Source of the DNA: Anaerolineales bacterium
Lineage (GTDB): Bacteria > Chloroflexota > Anaerolineae > Anaerolineales > UBA4823
Length of the DNA: 45,357 nt
Direction of reading: 5' to 3'
Assembly (NCBI GenBank): GCA_041551115.1
Contig: JBFENN010000003.1
Location: 1-45,357 of the forward strand
The notes under the pieces are model-generated. The model saw nothing but the letters and a program-made list of their open reading frames with translations, was not told the origin of the DNA and ran no database searches. The stretch's first letter is position 1. Each line of letters begins with the position of its first letter. Of this stretch, positions 28,298-38,530 are shown piece after piece. Made by a program: the position numbers and the translations under genes.

Positions 28298-29140
28298 TTA
28301 TACTGAATTGCTCACCTGTAAAATCTGGCGTAGTGCTTCTTCCTGACCGCTCGATATACCCATTTGTTCCAGAGCCTTCTGTTCACCATTGACGATTCGG
28401 CGCCCCAAACCCGAATAGCGCCACATTTTTAAATCTTCTTCCAAAGGTGAACCGATAATGTCTTCGCGGGCAATTTTTCCGTCCGCCATGACCAGCACCC
28501 GTTTAGTTTGCCGGGCAACTTCAGGGTCATGTGTCACAATCAAGAAAGTTGTTCCTTGTGATTCATTCAATTCCCGTAGAAGTTTTAGCAGGTCCCTACC
28601 AGCCACACTATCTAAGCTACCAGTCGGCTCATCAGCTAGGATGATGGGCGGATTATTTGCTAACGCTCGGGCAACAGCCACCCGCTGCCTTTGACCACCT
28701 GAGAGCTGGTTAGGGAGATGCCTCATCCGGTCCGGCAAACCTACGAGTTCTAACAACTCCTGAGCTCGATGTCGCCGTTCCCGTGCACCGGAATAACCAA
28801 TCATAGGCACTTCTACATTCTCACGGGCGGTCAAGGTCGGTAAGAGATTATGTAATTGAAACATGAAACCGACAGTCTTGGCACGAAAGCGATCTTTGTC
28901 ACGAATTTTCGCCAAATCTTGTCCATGGACCATCACAATGCCGGAAGTTGGTTTATCTAGAGCGCCCACCATGTTCAACAGCGTACTTTTGCCGCTTCCG
29001 CTTGGTCCCATGACTGTGACAAGTTCACCCCGTGCAATCTGAATATCCACACCATCCAGGGCGCGGATCTGCTCCCCATCTCCATAGATCCTAGTTAAAC
29101 CCTGGGTTTCAACAATCCAATCGATTAATTGTTCAGCCAT
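28298..29140 (-). CDS. ABC transporter ATP-binding protein (LolD/MacB-type)
   Basis: Walker A 'GPSGSGKS', 'LSGGQRQR', 'ILADEPTG', 'VTHD'. Start set at ATG 29140 after GGAG. Confidence 0.94.
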   Translation of the reverse strand: MAEQLIDWIVETQGLTRIYGDGEQIRALDGVDIQIARGELVTVMGPSGSGKSTLLNMVGALDKPTSGIVMVHGQDLAKIRDKDRFRAKTVGFMFQLHNLLPTLTARENVEVPMIGYSGARERRHRAQELLELVGLPDRMRHLPNQLSGGQRQRVAVARALANNPPIILADEPTGSLDSVAGRDLLKLLRELNESQGTTFLIVTHDPEVARQTKRVLVMADGKIAREDIIGSPLEEDLKMWRYSGLGRRIVNGEQKALEQMGISSGQEEALRQILQVSNSV

Positions 29141-29204
29141 ATTCATCGCTCCACTTACCAAGATCATCTGGTAGCCTATTGACACCCCACAAATCACATA
29201 GTGG

Positions 29205-30392
29205 CTACTCAACCTCAATATCTACAAATGCCGTCATGCCCCAAAGGATTTTCTCAGGAATATCTTCTGATTCGATCACCACTTTATAATTCACTCCAGC
29301 TCCTTCATCCGATTTCGGTGCAATACGGACGATACTACCGATAACCTCAACGTCAGGAATGGCATCAAACGTCACTATCGCAGGACTGCCAACTTCGATA
29401 CGCGCCACATCGATCTCACTCAGATCGGTTGTCTCAATCTGCAAACGATCTAAATCTGCTAACTGCAGGACTGGTGTTCCGGCTGAGATCCATTCATTTT
29501 GATTGACATACATATTGCTGACCGTACCATCAAAAGGGGCACTTAGGATGAGGTCCTCTTGAGCCGCTTTTGCAGCGGTTAACTGTGCTTCAGCATTAAT
29601 AATCCGCTCTTGAGTAATGCGGACATCGTCGGGGTCTGGTCCAGCCTTATAGATCTCGTAATCCCGTTCAGCTAGCTGCAGCTGCAGTTCTGCCAACGCC
29701 AAGTCCGCTTCAGCTTCTTCGATGTCTAGCTCGCTAGCCGCACCGCCAAGGTTATTCACCCGGCGTACAGCATTCTCATAAAGCTTCTCGGCATCAGCTA
29801 ACTTGCTGAAGAGGGCTGCGCGAATCTTATTGTCTTCCTTTTTCTTTCCATAAGGCTCAAAATCATCTTGGGCTTTGTCAAGAGCAATTTTGGCAAGCAG
29901 CATATTGGCCTTCGCTTGATCGATATCGCCTTGGGAGGGTGGCTCACCGAGGTTATTCAAATAACGGGCAGCATCCTTGACTTCCTGCCGACCACGGACG
30001 ACCGCTTGGTATGACTCAGCGGCCAGAAGATCAGTATCCTTATACAGCTGTTCCAGATCGAATTGGGCGGAGGCTAGTTCAAATTCAGCGGACGCGATGG
30101 CAGCATTCAAATACTCTGCACCCTTAAGCTGTACCAATAGATCGCCAGCAGAAACCTGATCATTTTCTGCTACAGCCAGGTTGCTAATAATGCCGGAGGT
30201 TGACATGCTGAGTGTGGATTTCCTCACCGGAACAACAACACCTGTTGCCGATACGATCGGGGTGTAATCCTCTAGAACCTGAGGCTCGGCGGTAGGTGGA
30301 GGAGCAGTCTGCAAAGCATCACACCCTGTCAGAAAAATCAGGAATATGGTGAAGACCAACCCAACATAATTAAAAAATCTTCTTCTCTTCAT
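29205..30392 (-). CDS. Efflux adaptor / membrane fusion protein (HlyD/MacA-like), lipoprotein
   Basis: SD GGAGG before ATG 30392, lipobox LTG|C, lipoyl half-motifs 'VSAGDLLVQL' and 'LSAPFDGTV' flanking a long helical hairpin. Confidence 0.88.
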   Translation of the reverse strand: MKRRRFFNYVGLVFTIFLIFLTGCDALQTAPPPTAEPQVLEDYTPIVSATGVVVPVRKSTLSMSTSGIISNLAVAENDQVSAGDLLVQLKGAEYLNAAIASAEFELASAQFDLEQLYKDTDLLAAESYQAVVRGRQEVKDAARYLNNLGEPPSQGDIDQAKANMLLAKIALDKAQDDFEPYGKKKEDNKIRAALFSKLADAEKLYENAVRRVNNLGGAASELDIEEAEADLALAELQLQLAERDYEIYKAGPDPDDVRITQERIINAEAQLTAAKAAQEDLILSAPFDGTVSNMYVNQNEWISAGTPVLQLADLDRLQIETTDLSEIDVARIEVGSPAIVTFDAIPDVEVIGSIVRIAPKSDEGAGVNYKVVIESEDIPEKILWGMTAFVDIEVE

Positions 30393-30456
30393 AGTGTTAC
30401 CTCCATATCCGTGGATATTACGTGTTATCACACGGTTCAACTCACTGACAATTAAA

Positions 30457-32697
30457 CTATTCATAACGCAGTGCCTCTACCGGCTGCAGACGAGTTGCTC
30501 GGTAAGCCGGGTACAAACCACCCAAAACACCCAATAATAGAGCGATAAATAACGCCCGAGCAATAACATTTAGATCCCAAATGGGGGTGAGCATCCCCCC
30601 AATCATGGGGGCAACCGTGATCAAATAGGCTAAGAGCACCGCAATAATTAACCCTGCCAGCCCTCCCAGAAATCCCAACCAAAGAGCTTCTCGCAAGATC
30701 AAACCAAGGATTGACCTTCGTCGCCACCCTAATGAACGCAGCACTCCGATCTCTCGTGTTCGTTCGTAGACTGACATCAACATCGTATTCAAAACCCCCA
30801 CACCACCGATCAAAATCGCCAGAAAAGAAATCCCATCAATCATTGCTCCAGAAGATTCCATATCGGGCATCTGTTCAGCAAACTCCCCACTCAATGAAGC
30901 CAGCACTTCTGGATAACTAGCATTTATGTATTCAACCAGGTTCTTTGCCTTTGAGGGATTATGTAATTTCACTGAGTACATCGTCACTTTTCTAGGCATG
31001 CCAGCCATGTTCTGACCGTCGCGTAAAGTGACAACGCCTCCCATCTCATCCCATCCCACCTGAGATTCATAAATGCCGACAATTTTGAAGCGGGTTCCAC
31101 TGAGATCTATCGTATCGCCAATTCCTTTTGCCAGTGAATCAGCCATCATGCGTCCAACAATGATCTGGCGATTAGATTTCAAAGGTTTACCCTCTACAAT
31201 CGTTAACCGGTTGATTCCGTAACTATTCGGTGGCATCCCTTGGAGGATGAAGAAGCTGTTAGATTCCGGCAGCATAACTGCAGTAAAAACGAGCCCTGTT
31301 GTGCTTTCCACTTCTGGAAGGGCAGCTAATTTTTCTCCGACCCTCTCATCAATCGCGCTTAAGCCAGTGTCGGAAACATTAGCCTGGCGGAGCATGATTT
31401 CAGAATCGAATGCCCAGCCTCCAATTGAGTCTGCCATCCCGCTTATGACAACTTCCAAGGCTATAATTGCACCCACAGTGATCCCGATCACCGATAAAGT
31501 TAAGAATGTACGCGATGACCGCTGCCACAAATTTTGAATGGCCATCCCGCCGAATGGCAGCCGGCGGGCTTTACCTCGGCTTCCGCCCTCATACTGAAGT
31601 GCTTCCACTGGCGTAAGCCGGGAGGCGCGCCAGGCTGGATAGAGCCCGCCAACTAATCCGAGCAGAGCGACAACAATGAGGGCTTGGAGCAGGATCGTGT
31701 TTGGTATATCCGTACTTACTAGACCCATCGCCAAGACCTCACTGGAAAGTCCGCTCAGCAGCAACCAGCCAAGGATGATTCCAAACACGCCGCCCAAAAG
31801 TGACACGAGCATAGTTTCGCTTAATATCATCCGCAAGATTCGATTGCGAGACCACCCAACTGCGCGCAAAACACCAATCTCCCTTGTACGTTCATTTACT
31901 GACATAAGCTGTGCGTTCATCATCCCTATTCCCCCAATAATGATTGCTAATCCACCAATAACCCAAACAAAAGCCTGCAACATATCGGCCATCATCTGGT
32001 TTTCGGAAAACTCTGCGATTCCGCTGACGGAGAGATCCGTCCAGCGGCGCTCTATCCGGGTAATCAAACGATCTTGATCAGCCGATTCTTTCAGTTTGAT
32101 ATAAAATACACTCACAAGCCGCGGTTTTCCGATCAGGGTTTGGGCATCCTCCAGACGCAGCACTGCCCCAGCATCTTCAAAGACATCACCAGTTTGATAT
32201 AGCCCAATAATCCGGAAAGTGCTGCCAGATATCTGGATGCTGTCCCCCGACTGCTTGTTAAATGCTTCTGCCGCGGCTGTACCCAGCATTACAGGTTTCC
32301 CACGTGCAGTTCTCGCTTCACGACCTTCGAACCCAGCACCTTCAATCACTTGAAAACGCTCCAAGATAAAACTATCCTCCGGATGGCCGAAGACAAAGAA
32401 AAATGGTTCGTCTTCAGCTTGCGCCCAACCCTGGAGCATCCCCTCGATTTCGTCAACCTCCGGCATCGGCGCCAATTCAGCACCGATTCCCTCGTCAACC
32501 GAGGACATACTGATATCGTAGGAATCGGGCTGACTGATGATCAAATCCGCTTTAGTACCAGCCAACATGGATGAATACCCCGAATACAATCCATCGGACA
32601 ATGTCCCCAGGGCTACTATTGCCGCAACCCCGACACTGATCCCTACGATCGTTAGTAAGGTGCGGGCTTTTCTACGAAAGAGGTTCTTTAATACCAT
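30457..32697 (-). CDS. ABC transporter permease with tandem duplicated MacB/FtsX modules
   Basis: Two copies of 'ERTREIGVLRx(V/L)GW' and 'LYPAxRAxRLxPVEALxYE'. Confidence 0.92.
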   Translation of the reverse strand: MVLKNLFRRKARTLLTIVGISVGVAAIVALGTLSDGLYSGYSSMLAGTKADLIISQPDSYDISMSSVDEGIGAELAPMPEVDEIEGMLQGWAQAEDEPFFFVFGHPEDSFILERFQVIEGAGFEGREARTARGKPVMLGTAAAEAFNKQSGDSIQISGSTFRIIGLYQTGDVFEDAGAVLRLEDAQTLIGKPRLVSVFYIKLKESADQDRLITRIERRWTDLSVSGIAEFSENQMMADMLQAFVWVIGGLAIIIGGIGMMNAQLMSVNERTREIGVLRAVGWSRNRILRMILSETMLVSLLGGVFGIILGWLLLSGLSSEVLAMGLVSTDIPNTILLQALIVVALLGLVGGLYPAWRASRLTPVEALQYEGGSRGKARRLPFGGMAIQNLWQRSSRTFLTLSVIGITVGAIIALEVVISGMADSIGGWAFDSEIMLRQANVSDTGLSAIDERVGEKLAALPEVESTTGLVFTAVMLPESNSFFILQGMPPNSYGINRLTIVEGKPLKSNRQIIVGRMMADSLAKGIGDTIDLSGTRFKIVGIYESQVGWDEMGGVVTLRDGQNMAGMPRKVTMYSVKLHNPSKAKNLVEYINASYPEVLASLSGEFAEQMPDMESSGAMIDGISFLAILIGGVGVLNTMLMSVYERTREIGVLRSLGWRRRSILGLILREALWLGFLGGLAGLIIAVLLAYLITVAPMIGGMLTPIWDLNVIARALFIALLLGVLGGLYPAYRATRLQPVEALRYE

Positions 32698-33077
32698 TGC
32701 AGTTAACCGCTATGCCCTTCTGCGTGAAATTTCCTCTCGTGCATCTTTTTGGGTAACACCCAACAGCTGAAAATATTTCAACAAGTACTCCGGTTTCATC
32801 TCTACTTGTCCGAATAATATCCTTTCCAAGCTGTTATCATCGGAGTGCGTAAATAGTAATGACTGTGATCCGAAACTGATATTATTTATTTTACACGTTG
32901 AATTTTGGGTAACAGGATTTTCTTACCCATATAATACGGGTAATCGTATCTATCCTAAACCTATAAAGGTGTTTCAAGTATGGAAAAATCATTCGCTGTC
33001 CGGCTAAAACCCCCTTGACGAACCGTAAAGCGTTCCGTCTACATGCTTTATTCCCAATGAACTAAATTAACGGAGGG

Positions 33078-33884
33078 CTAGTAATAATCTTCAATAAATG
33101 GTGTAGTGAGCAGATGGAACGCCAACGTCGACATCCATGGGGCTTTGCGGAGTTTTCCTGTGCGCGAATTTGAGTGAGCCCGCTCAAGAATAGTTTCACA
33201 GCGAGCTAAGACTAATTCATCTTCAAAGTAATGGTTAAGCGGTACTTGCCCAGAAAGGATTTCATGAATGCCTAGTTTTTCATAGATGTTCCCCATCGCT
33301 TCTGATATCCAATCCGTGCCGATCACCAGTTCGTCAGCGATATCACGCTGGGACAGGTTGAAAATGATACCCAAGTGTACAATTTCACTCTCTCTCCGGG
33401 AGAAATTGGCAACTTTGCCACAGCCATCAAGCACTTTGATATCCCTTCCGACAGCACCTCTCCCCAACCAATTTTGCACACCAGGTGTTATCACCCGGAA
33501 ACCTCTGGATGATAGTGCTACCGCCGTAGCCATAGAATACAAAACTTCACTCTTTAAGACATATCCACCGAACAAATCATGAGTGCTGTAATATGATAGA
33601 TTGTGATTCACTGTAGTTCCAGCGTAAAGGACCACCGGTGGCGAATCGATAGAAGCCAGTTTATCCAAGATTTGAAAAGGCCATGCATGATCATCCGGGG
33701 ATTCCACCCCGATTAATATCACATCAACCTGTTTGATTGGTTTATCCAAAATATCAATGATGTCATCCCGACCATACAGTTCACTAATAACGCGCGTCCG
33801 CCAATCACGGGTCAGCATCATTGCCATCATATTTCGGGAGTAGATATCATCTTCGACGATAAGTACACAAATATCTTTAGCCAT
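33078..33884 (-). CDS. Atypical response regulator (pseudo-receiver + LuxR-like HTH + C-terminal extension)
   Basis: 'VLIVEDD', 'GGYVLK', HTH-like 'FSRRESEIV...SQRDIADELVI...IYEKLGI'. The phospho-Asp position reads 'DVILIG'. Confidence 0.72.
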   Translation of the reverse strand: MAKDICVLIVEDDIYSRNMMAMMLTRDWRTRVISELYGRDDIIDILDKPIKQVDVILIGVESPDDHAWPFQILDKLASIDSPPVVLYAGTTVNHNLSYYSTHDLFGGYVLKSEVLYSMATAVALSSRGFRVITPGVQNWLGRGAVGRDIKVLDGCGKVANFSRRESEIVHLGIIFNLSQRDIADELVIGTDWISEAMGNIYEKLGIHEILSGQVPLNHYFEDELVLARCETILERAHSNSRTGKLRKAPWMSTLAFHLLTTPFIEDYY

Positions 33885-34051
33885 AAAAACCGCCTAGGAC
33901 TCAGCTAATTGATGCAACAACAAGATTGCATCCGAGAAAAGTGGCATAAATATAAACACATTTCGGGTTCAGGATCATGCTCAATTTTACCCCCAAAACA
34001 AACCGCCTCGGATATTTCCAGGGCAGGAAGGTACTGTCATCTATCTGATGA

Positions 34052-35875
34052 TTAGAACACGGCGTCTACCATCAGTACAGCCATCAAAAATGCCAGGTAC
34101 ATGCTTGAATACCGGTACATCTTCCAAGCTACTTTGTTGCCAGCCTGCTTCCAGACTTGCCAAGCGGTTAAAACTAACCAACCGCCTAAGACGATTGCGC
34201 CAACAAAATAAATATTGCTTCCCAACCCAAACAGTGGTAGGACTAATGTCAAGATCACCAATTCGACAGTATATACAAGTATCTGCCGGCGAGTTTCCCT
34301 CTCCCCCTTGATGACTGGTAACATCGGGACACCGGCTCGGGCATAATCTTTCCGTCGCACGAGGGCTAACGCCCAAAAATGAGGTGGGGTCCACATAAAG
34401 ATCACTGCGAACAAGAATAATGAAGGGATATTGAGGCTGCCGGTTGCCGCTGCCCAACCAACCAGTGGAGGGATTGCGCCGGCACCTCCCCCAATGACGA
34501 TGTTCTGAACTGTAGTCTTCTTTAAGAGAATACTGTATAAAAAGACATAATAGAAAATACCTGCGAGCGTTAATAACGCAGCCAATAAATTGACAAATGC
34601 CACCATGATGAAGAATGAGGCTAGAGAAATGGCAACACCGAAAGCAAGCCCTTCTGCAGGGGTTAGCCTTCCTGAGGGGATTGGCCTTTTTTGGGTGCGT
34701 TGCATCTTGAGATCATCACGGCGATCAATATATTGATTTATTGCACCTGAACCGCCGGCTGCCATAAAACCACCGACGAGCGTCCAAAACGTTAACCCTG
34801 CACCAGGCCAAGCCTCAGCTCCGATTACCATCCCAGCGTAAGTTGTCACAAGGAGCAGTACAACCACGATTGGTTTTGTAAGTAGCAACAAGTCTTTCGC
34901 CATCCCTGACAGCCTGCGCGGCTCTTCCGAATGAATATGGACAGTTTTTGTCTCGTGCTTGGTTAATCCAACAAAAGCAAGAAGAACGACGAGGGCTCCC
35001 CAGACCGCAATGGATGTAACGCTATGAAGCATATAAAGGCTTGCGGAGGTCTCGACTATCATTTTGCTGCCTAGAAGCGCCTGGCTGAAGATCAATACTA
35101 CTGCAACTGTCACCGGGACAAGTACAGTCGCCTGCATCCGATATGTTTTCCAGGCCTTCAACATCGTGGACAGCAGCAAACCAAATGTGATCAACACCAA
35201 ACTGCGATGCACTATGTTTAGGACAACCAAGAATGCCGGTTGGTCGCTTGAAAAACTGCACAATGGCCAAGATGGGCATGCTCCGCCAGCATCTGTAGCA
35301 GCAATTACTGCCCCACTGATGGTTAGCAGTGCATATGCCGTTATAACAGCAACCACCTGCCTGGCGTAAGCTGAATTCATGGTAAAACCTATTTCCTGCT
35401 CATTACTTGAGTGCTTGATTTGGTCATAGCGGGAAAAACCGAAGACAGCTGCGATAACGAATGCAGCTAACGCAAGCATGGATAATCCTAGATGAAATGT
35501 TGGGAGCCACAAACTTTGCTGGTTGGCCATAATCGCCCCAATGCCAATTTGGACAATGATCATAACGGCCGCTGCAATCACAGGCAGCTGGAGTAAACGT
35601 ATCCCACGCGCCCACCGTAAAGTAAAAACCACCGCAACCAATGTCAGGACAGCGGAGATTAGCGTTGTTAGCCGGTGGAGATAGTCAATGAACCCAGATT
35701 GATCGGTTGGCGGAGAAAAAGTTCCATAACACGTCGGCCAATCTGGGCACCCCGCTCCGGAAGTGGAACTGCGCAGCATCCCGCCCAGCACGATCACAGC
35801 AATGACTGAGAGCGCAGCAGCCAATAATAAGAAGCGAACTAGTGATGCTTTTCTACGGTTATCGGTGGGTATCAT
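34052..35875 (-). CDS. ctaB: Fused heme A synthase-like (CtaA/COX15) and heme O synthase (protoheme IX farnesyltransferase)
   Basis: N-half 'GCPDWPTC...YLHR' and 'ACPSWPLC...IVHR'. C-half 'LTKP', 'DRRDDLKMQRTQKRPIPSG', 'WTPPHFWAL', 'DYARAGVPMLP'. Confidence 0.92.
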   Translation of the reverse strand: MIPTDNRRKASLVRFLLLAAALSVIAVIVLGGMLRSSTSGAGCPDWPTCYGTFSPPTDQSGFIDYLHRLTTLISAVLTLVAVVFTLRWARGIRLLQLPVIAAAVMIIVQIGIGAIMANQQSLWLPTFHLGLSMLALAAFVIAAVFGFSRYDQIKHSSNEQEIGFTMNSAYARQVVAVITAYALLTISGAVIAATDAGGACPSWPLCSFSSDQPAFLVVLNIVHRSLVLITFGLLLSTMLKAWKTYRMQATVLVPVTVAVVLIFSQALLGSKMIVETSASLYMLHSVTSIAVWGALVVLLAFVGLTKHETKTVHIHSEEPRRLSGMAKDLLLLTKPIVVVLLLVTTYAGMVIGAEAWPGAGLTFWTLVGGFMAAGGSGAINQYIDRRDDLKMQRTQKRPIPSGRLTPAEGLAFGVAISLASFFIMVAFVNLLAALLTLAGIFYYVFLYSILLKKTTVQNIVIGGGAGAIPPLVGWAAATGSLNIPSLFLFAVIFMWTPPHFWALALVRRKDYARAGVPMLPVIKGERETRRQILVYTVELVILTLVLPLFGLGSNIYFVGAIVLGGWLVLTAWQVWKQAGNKVAWKMYRYSSMYLAFLMAVLMVDAVF

Positions 35876-35923
35876 TTTCGTACTCGCAAGCTAATAATGA
35901 AATTATGATTTAGACAAGAGCAT

Positions 35924-36745
35924 CTAATTGGATTTGTTCATGCGGTGATATATCAAGATCGGATAACCAATTCCTAAGATAATCGCAAACGTAAACCACT
36001 GCAGTGCGTATCCAAAATGAGGGCCTTCTGTGAGTTCCAGTTGGGGTAAAGCCCGGTAAGGCAAATCTTTCCAGGCCTCATCAGGTGCTTGCTGCACATA
36101 TGCAATTGGCTGCAGTTCAAAAGGTACCTGCTTGGCAATCTGTGCTGTATTGGCAAAATTCCATACTCGCAGTGGCTCTTCACCAGGTAGAGGAATAGGG
36201 TCAGTCCGCCGCCCATAGTCAGGTTTATCTTGTGACGCCCGCAGCATGCCTCTTGCTTCCACCAGACCAGTTTCGGCATAAGTTGACCAATCCTCGTATT
36301 GAAAATTTTCTATTGGAACCCAACCCCGGTTGACCAAAATATACGTATCTGTGCCAGATATTTTTAGGGGAGTAAGTAAATTCACACCTATCCGATTGCC
36401 CCTGGCTTGGTTGCGAAGAGCAACCTCGTGCGAGAAGTCATATTCCCCACGGACTACAACAGAGCGATATTCCATATCGCCGAGATCAAGATCCATTGTG
36501 GATTGATCCAGGATCAGGGTGGGCTGTGCAAGCTGAGCAGATACACGAGCATTGAACGAACGGCGTTGTTCAAGACGATCGAGCTGCCAGATTCCTAACC
36601 GGACCATAACAGCCATCGCGATTATGACAATGAAAGTAGCAAAGATCCACCGTCGGGTAATCATCGCCAGCACAGTACTGCTGCCCATTCTGAGAGCATG
36701 ATTGCGCTGTTCAATATCTTTAGAGCTATCGATTGCGTGTGTCAT
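35924..36745 (-). CDS. SURF1 family cytochrome oxidase assembly protein
   Basis: 'LGIWQLDR', 'LVNRGWVP', 'HFGYALQWF'. ATG 36745 forms an ATGA overlap with the upstream stop. Confidence 0.92.
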   Translation of the reverse strand: MTHAIDSSKDIEQRNHALRMGSSTVLAMITRRWIFATFIVIIAMAVMVRLGIWQLDRLEQRRSFNARVSAQLAQPTLILDQSTMDLDLGDMEYRSVVVRGEYDFSHEVALRNQARGNRIGVNLLTPLKISGTDTYILVNRGWVPIENFQYEDWSTYAETGLVEARGMLRASQDKPDYGRRTDPIPLPGEEPLRVWNFANTAQIAKQVPFELQPIAYVQQAPDEAWKDLPYRALPQLELTEGPHFGYALQWFTFAIILGIGYPILIYHRMNKSN

Positions 36746-37266
36746 GCAGATTGTTCCATCCATTTAAGTGGATCATCTTTCTTCACTGGAAAAACCAAGA
36801 AAGAATATAAAAATAGAAAAGCGGTTGTCGTCGGGACCGAAATACCTAAACCGACTAGACGGGTAGTCCATGTCGTCGGTTGGCGGACATCAAACCCCAA
36901 ATATTGACTGGGCACGAAGGAACAGGTGTAAGAATATTCGTTAGCTTCATCAAGCACCAAGCTGCCTGCGGCACCGGGTGGTACCCAAATCGGCCCAAGC
37001 TGGTGGTTGACTGTATCTTGGTTAATGACTTCCAGCACATCACCTAAGACAAAAACCGAATCTGCAGGTAATGAGATTACATCCTCACCTGCTTCTACAC
37101 TTTGCGAGGCCCCTTCGGGGATCACAAGTTGAATCGTCTTGGGCGCTCGACCGGTCTCATCCCGCTGGAGTAAAAACGCACCCTCGGTGATAATAACCAT
37201 CATTCCCAACGAGATCAAGAATATGACGACCAATCGAAGCACATACGGTCGGTACTCGGGCTTCAT
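36742..37266 (-). CDS. Membrane-anchored protein with a cupredoxin-like domain, function unknown
   Basis: Two terminal TM helices around 'LGDVLEVINQDTVNHQLGP...YSYTCSF'. Embedded between the SCO and SURF1 genes. Confidence 0.6.
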   Translation of the reverse strand: MKPEYRPYVLRLVVIFLISLGMMVIITEGAFLLQRDETGRAPKTIQLVIPEGASQSVEAGEDVISLPADSVFVLGDVLEVINQDTVNHQLGPIWVPPGAAGSLVLDEANEYSYTCSFVPSQYLGFDVRQPTTWTTRLVGLGISVPTTTAFLFLYSFLVFPVKKDDPLKWMEQSA

Positions 37267-37270
37267 TTAA

Positions 37271-37876
37271 CTACCCCTCCCCGACCAAATTCTCGATATC
37301 CGCAAGCATATCTTCCCAATCCATCTCAAAAGGGTACGTCAAACGCCAATTGCCTGCTTTATCTATGAGATAAGTTCTTGCAGTGTGATCAACAAGATAC
37401 CCTGATGCACTGCCTAACTCTTGCTTAGCCCGGTAAACACCATAATCCTGGTAAACCATCTCTAGAGCTGCGACCTCACCGGTCAAACCCAATATGGACG
37501 GATGATAGAATCCCAAATATGTGTTTAATCGAGCGACATCATCCCGCTCAGGATCCACAGTTATGAACGCGAAGCGGACTTGATCCGCCTGATCACCTAA
37601 GCTCTCAATTATCTTCTTGTACTCAGAGAGCGTAATCGGGCAAACATCCGGGCAGTTTGTATACCCAAAGAAAATCAACACCACATCACCAGCCTGCTCA
37701 CTCAATCGAAAAGTTTCCCCATGGTGGTCCGTAAGTTCAAAATCTGCTGCAGGTATTGGAGGTTCTATATGGGAACCTTTGAATTCATATGGCTGGTTCG
37801 ATATTTGCCAACCAACAAGCAACAATCCAAGTCCGATTAATATCCCCACCCCGAGGTACAACATCCTTGATTTCAT
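37271..37876 (-). CDS. SCO1/SenC copper chaperone
   Basis: 'FFGYTNCPDVCP', 'TVDPERD', 'VDHT', N-terminal TM helix. Confidence 0.95.
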   Translation of the reverse strand: MKSRMLYLGVGILIGLGLLLVGWQISNQPYEFKGSHIEPPIPAADFELTDHHGETFRLSEQAGDVVLIFFGYTNCPDVCPITLSEYKKIIESLGDQADQVRFAFITVDPERDDVARLNTYLGFYHPSILGLTGEVAALEMVYQDYGVYRAKQELGSASGYLVDHTARTYLIDKAGNWRLTYPFEMDWEDMLADIENLVGEG

Positions 37877-37954
37877 AACATCACGTGTCCAGAGTTAGCG
37901 TTGATTTACCATCTCCAACAGTCACTTGATTTGCTAACCGATCTTTATCGGTTA

Positions 37955-38530
37955 TTAAATTGGCGTACCGATTAAGTAAAGCGCTGGATAGAAAAATATC
38001 CACACAACATCAACAAAATGCCAATATACAGCCACAGCTTCAACTGGCCAATGCCTTTCAGAATTGTACAAACCTTTACGACTGTTTCGGTAAACGATGA
38101 TCAGGAAGATTACACCGGAAAACACATGGAAGGCGTGGAACCCAGTCATAATATAGAATAACGAAGCCGCGACGCTATCGCTCGGTCCGAAGGGCGCGAT
38201 ACGCCATTCAACACCAACAACCCCAACCAGAAAGATAATCCCTAATACGATTGTGATCAGGATGCTGATATTGAAATTCTTCTTATCATCATATGCCATA
38301 GCAGTCTCAGCTCGGTTCATAAAGAAGCTGCTGATTAACAAGATGCTGGTCACCGCCAAACCCAAGAGCTGATTTAATTCCGGTCGGAAATCAGTTCCCA
38401 GCAAATAGAAACGGCTAACTAGCAATCCTCCGAAAATGAAAACCTCTGATAACAAGAACAGCCACAGCCCAAGCCGGTTGGTGGAGGTCTTATGTTTGTA
38501 GTCTTGGATCGTAGTCGAATGTGTAGCCAT
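37955..38530 (-). CDS. coxC: Cytochrome c oxidase subunit III (short form)
   Basis: 'GLWLFLLSEVFIFG', 'TGFHAFHV', 'YWHFVDVVW'. True start is ATG 38530 (TAATG coupling, SD GGAGG). Confidence 0.93.
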   Translation of the reverse strand: MATHSTTIQDYKHKTSTNRLGLWLFLLSEVFIFGGLLVSRFYLLGTDFRPELNQLLGLAVTSILLISSFFMNRAETAMAYDDKKNFNISILITIVLGIIFLVGVVGVEWRIAPFGPSDSVAASLFYIMTGFHAFHVFSGVIFLIIVYRNSRKGLYNSERHWPVEAVAVYWHFVDVVWIFFYPALYLIGTPI

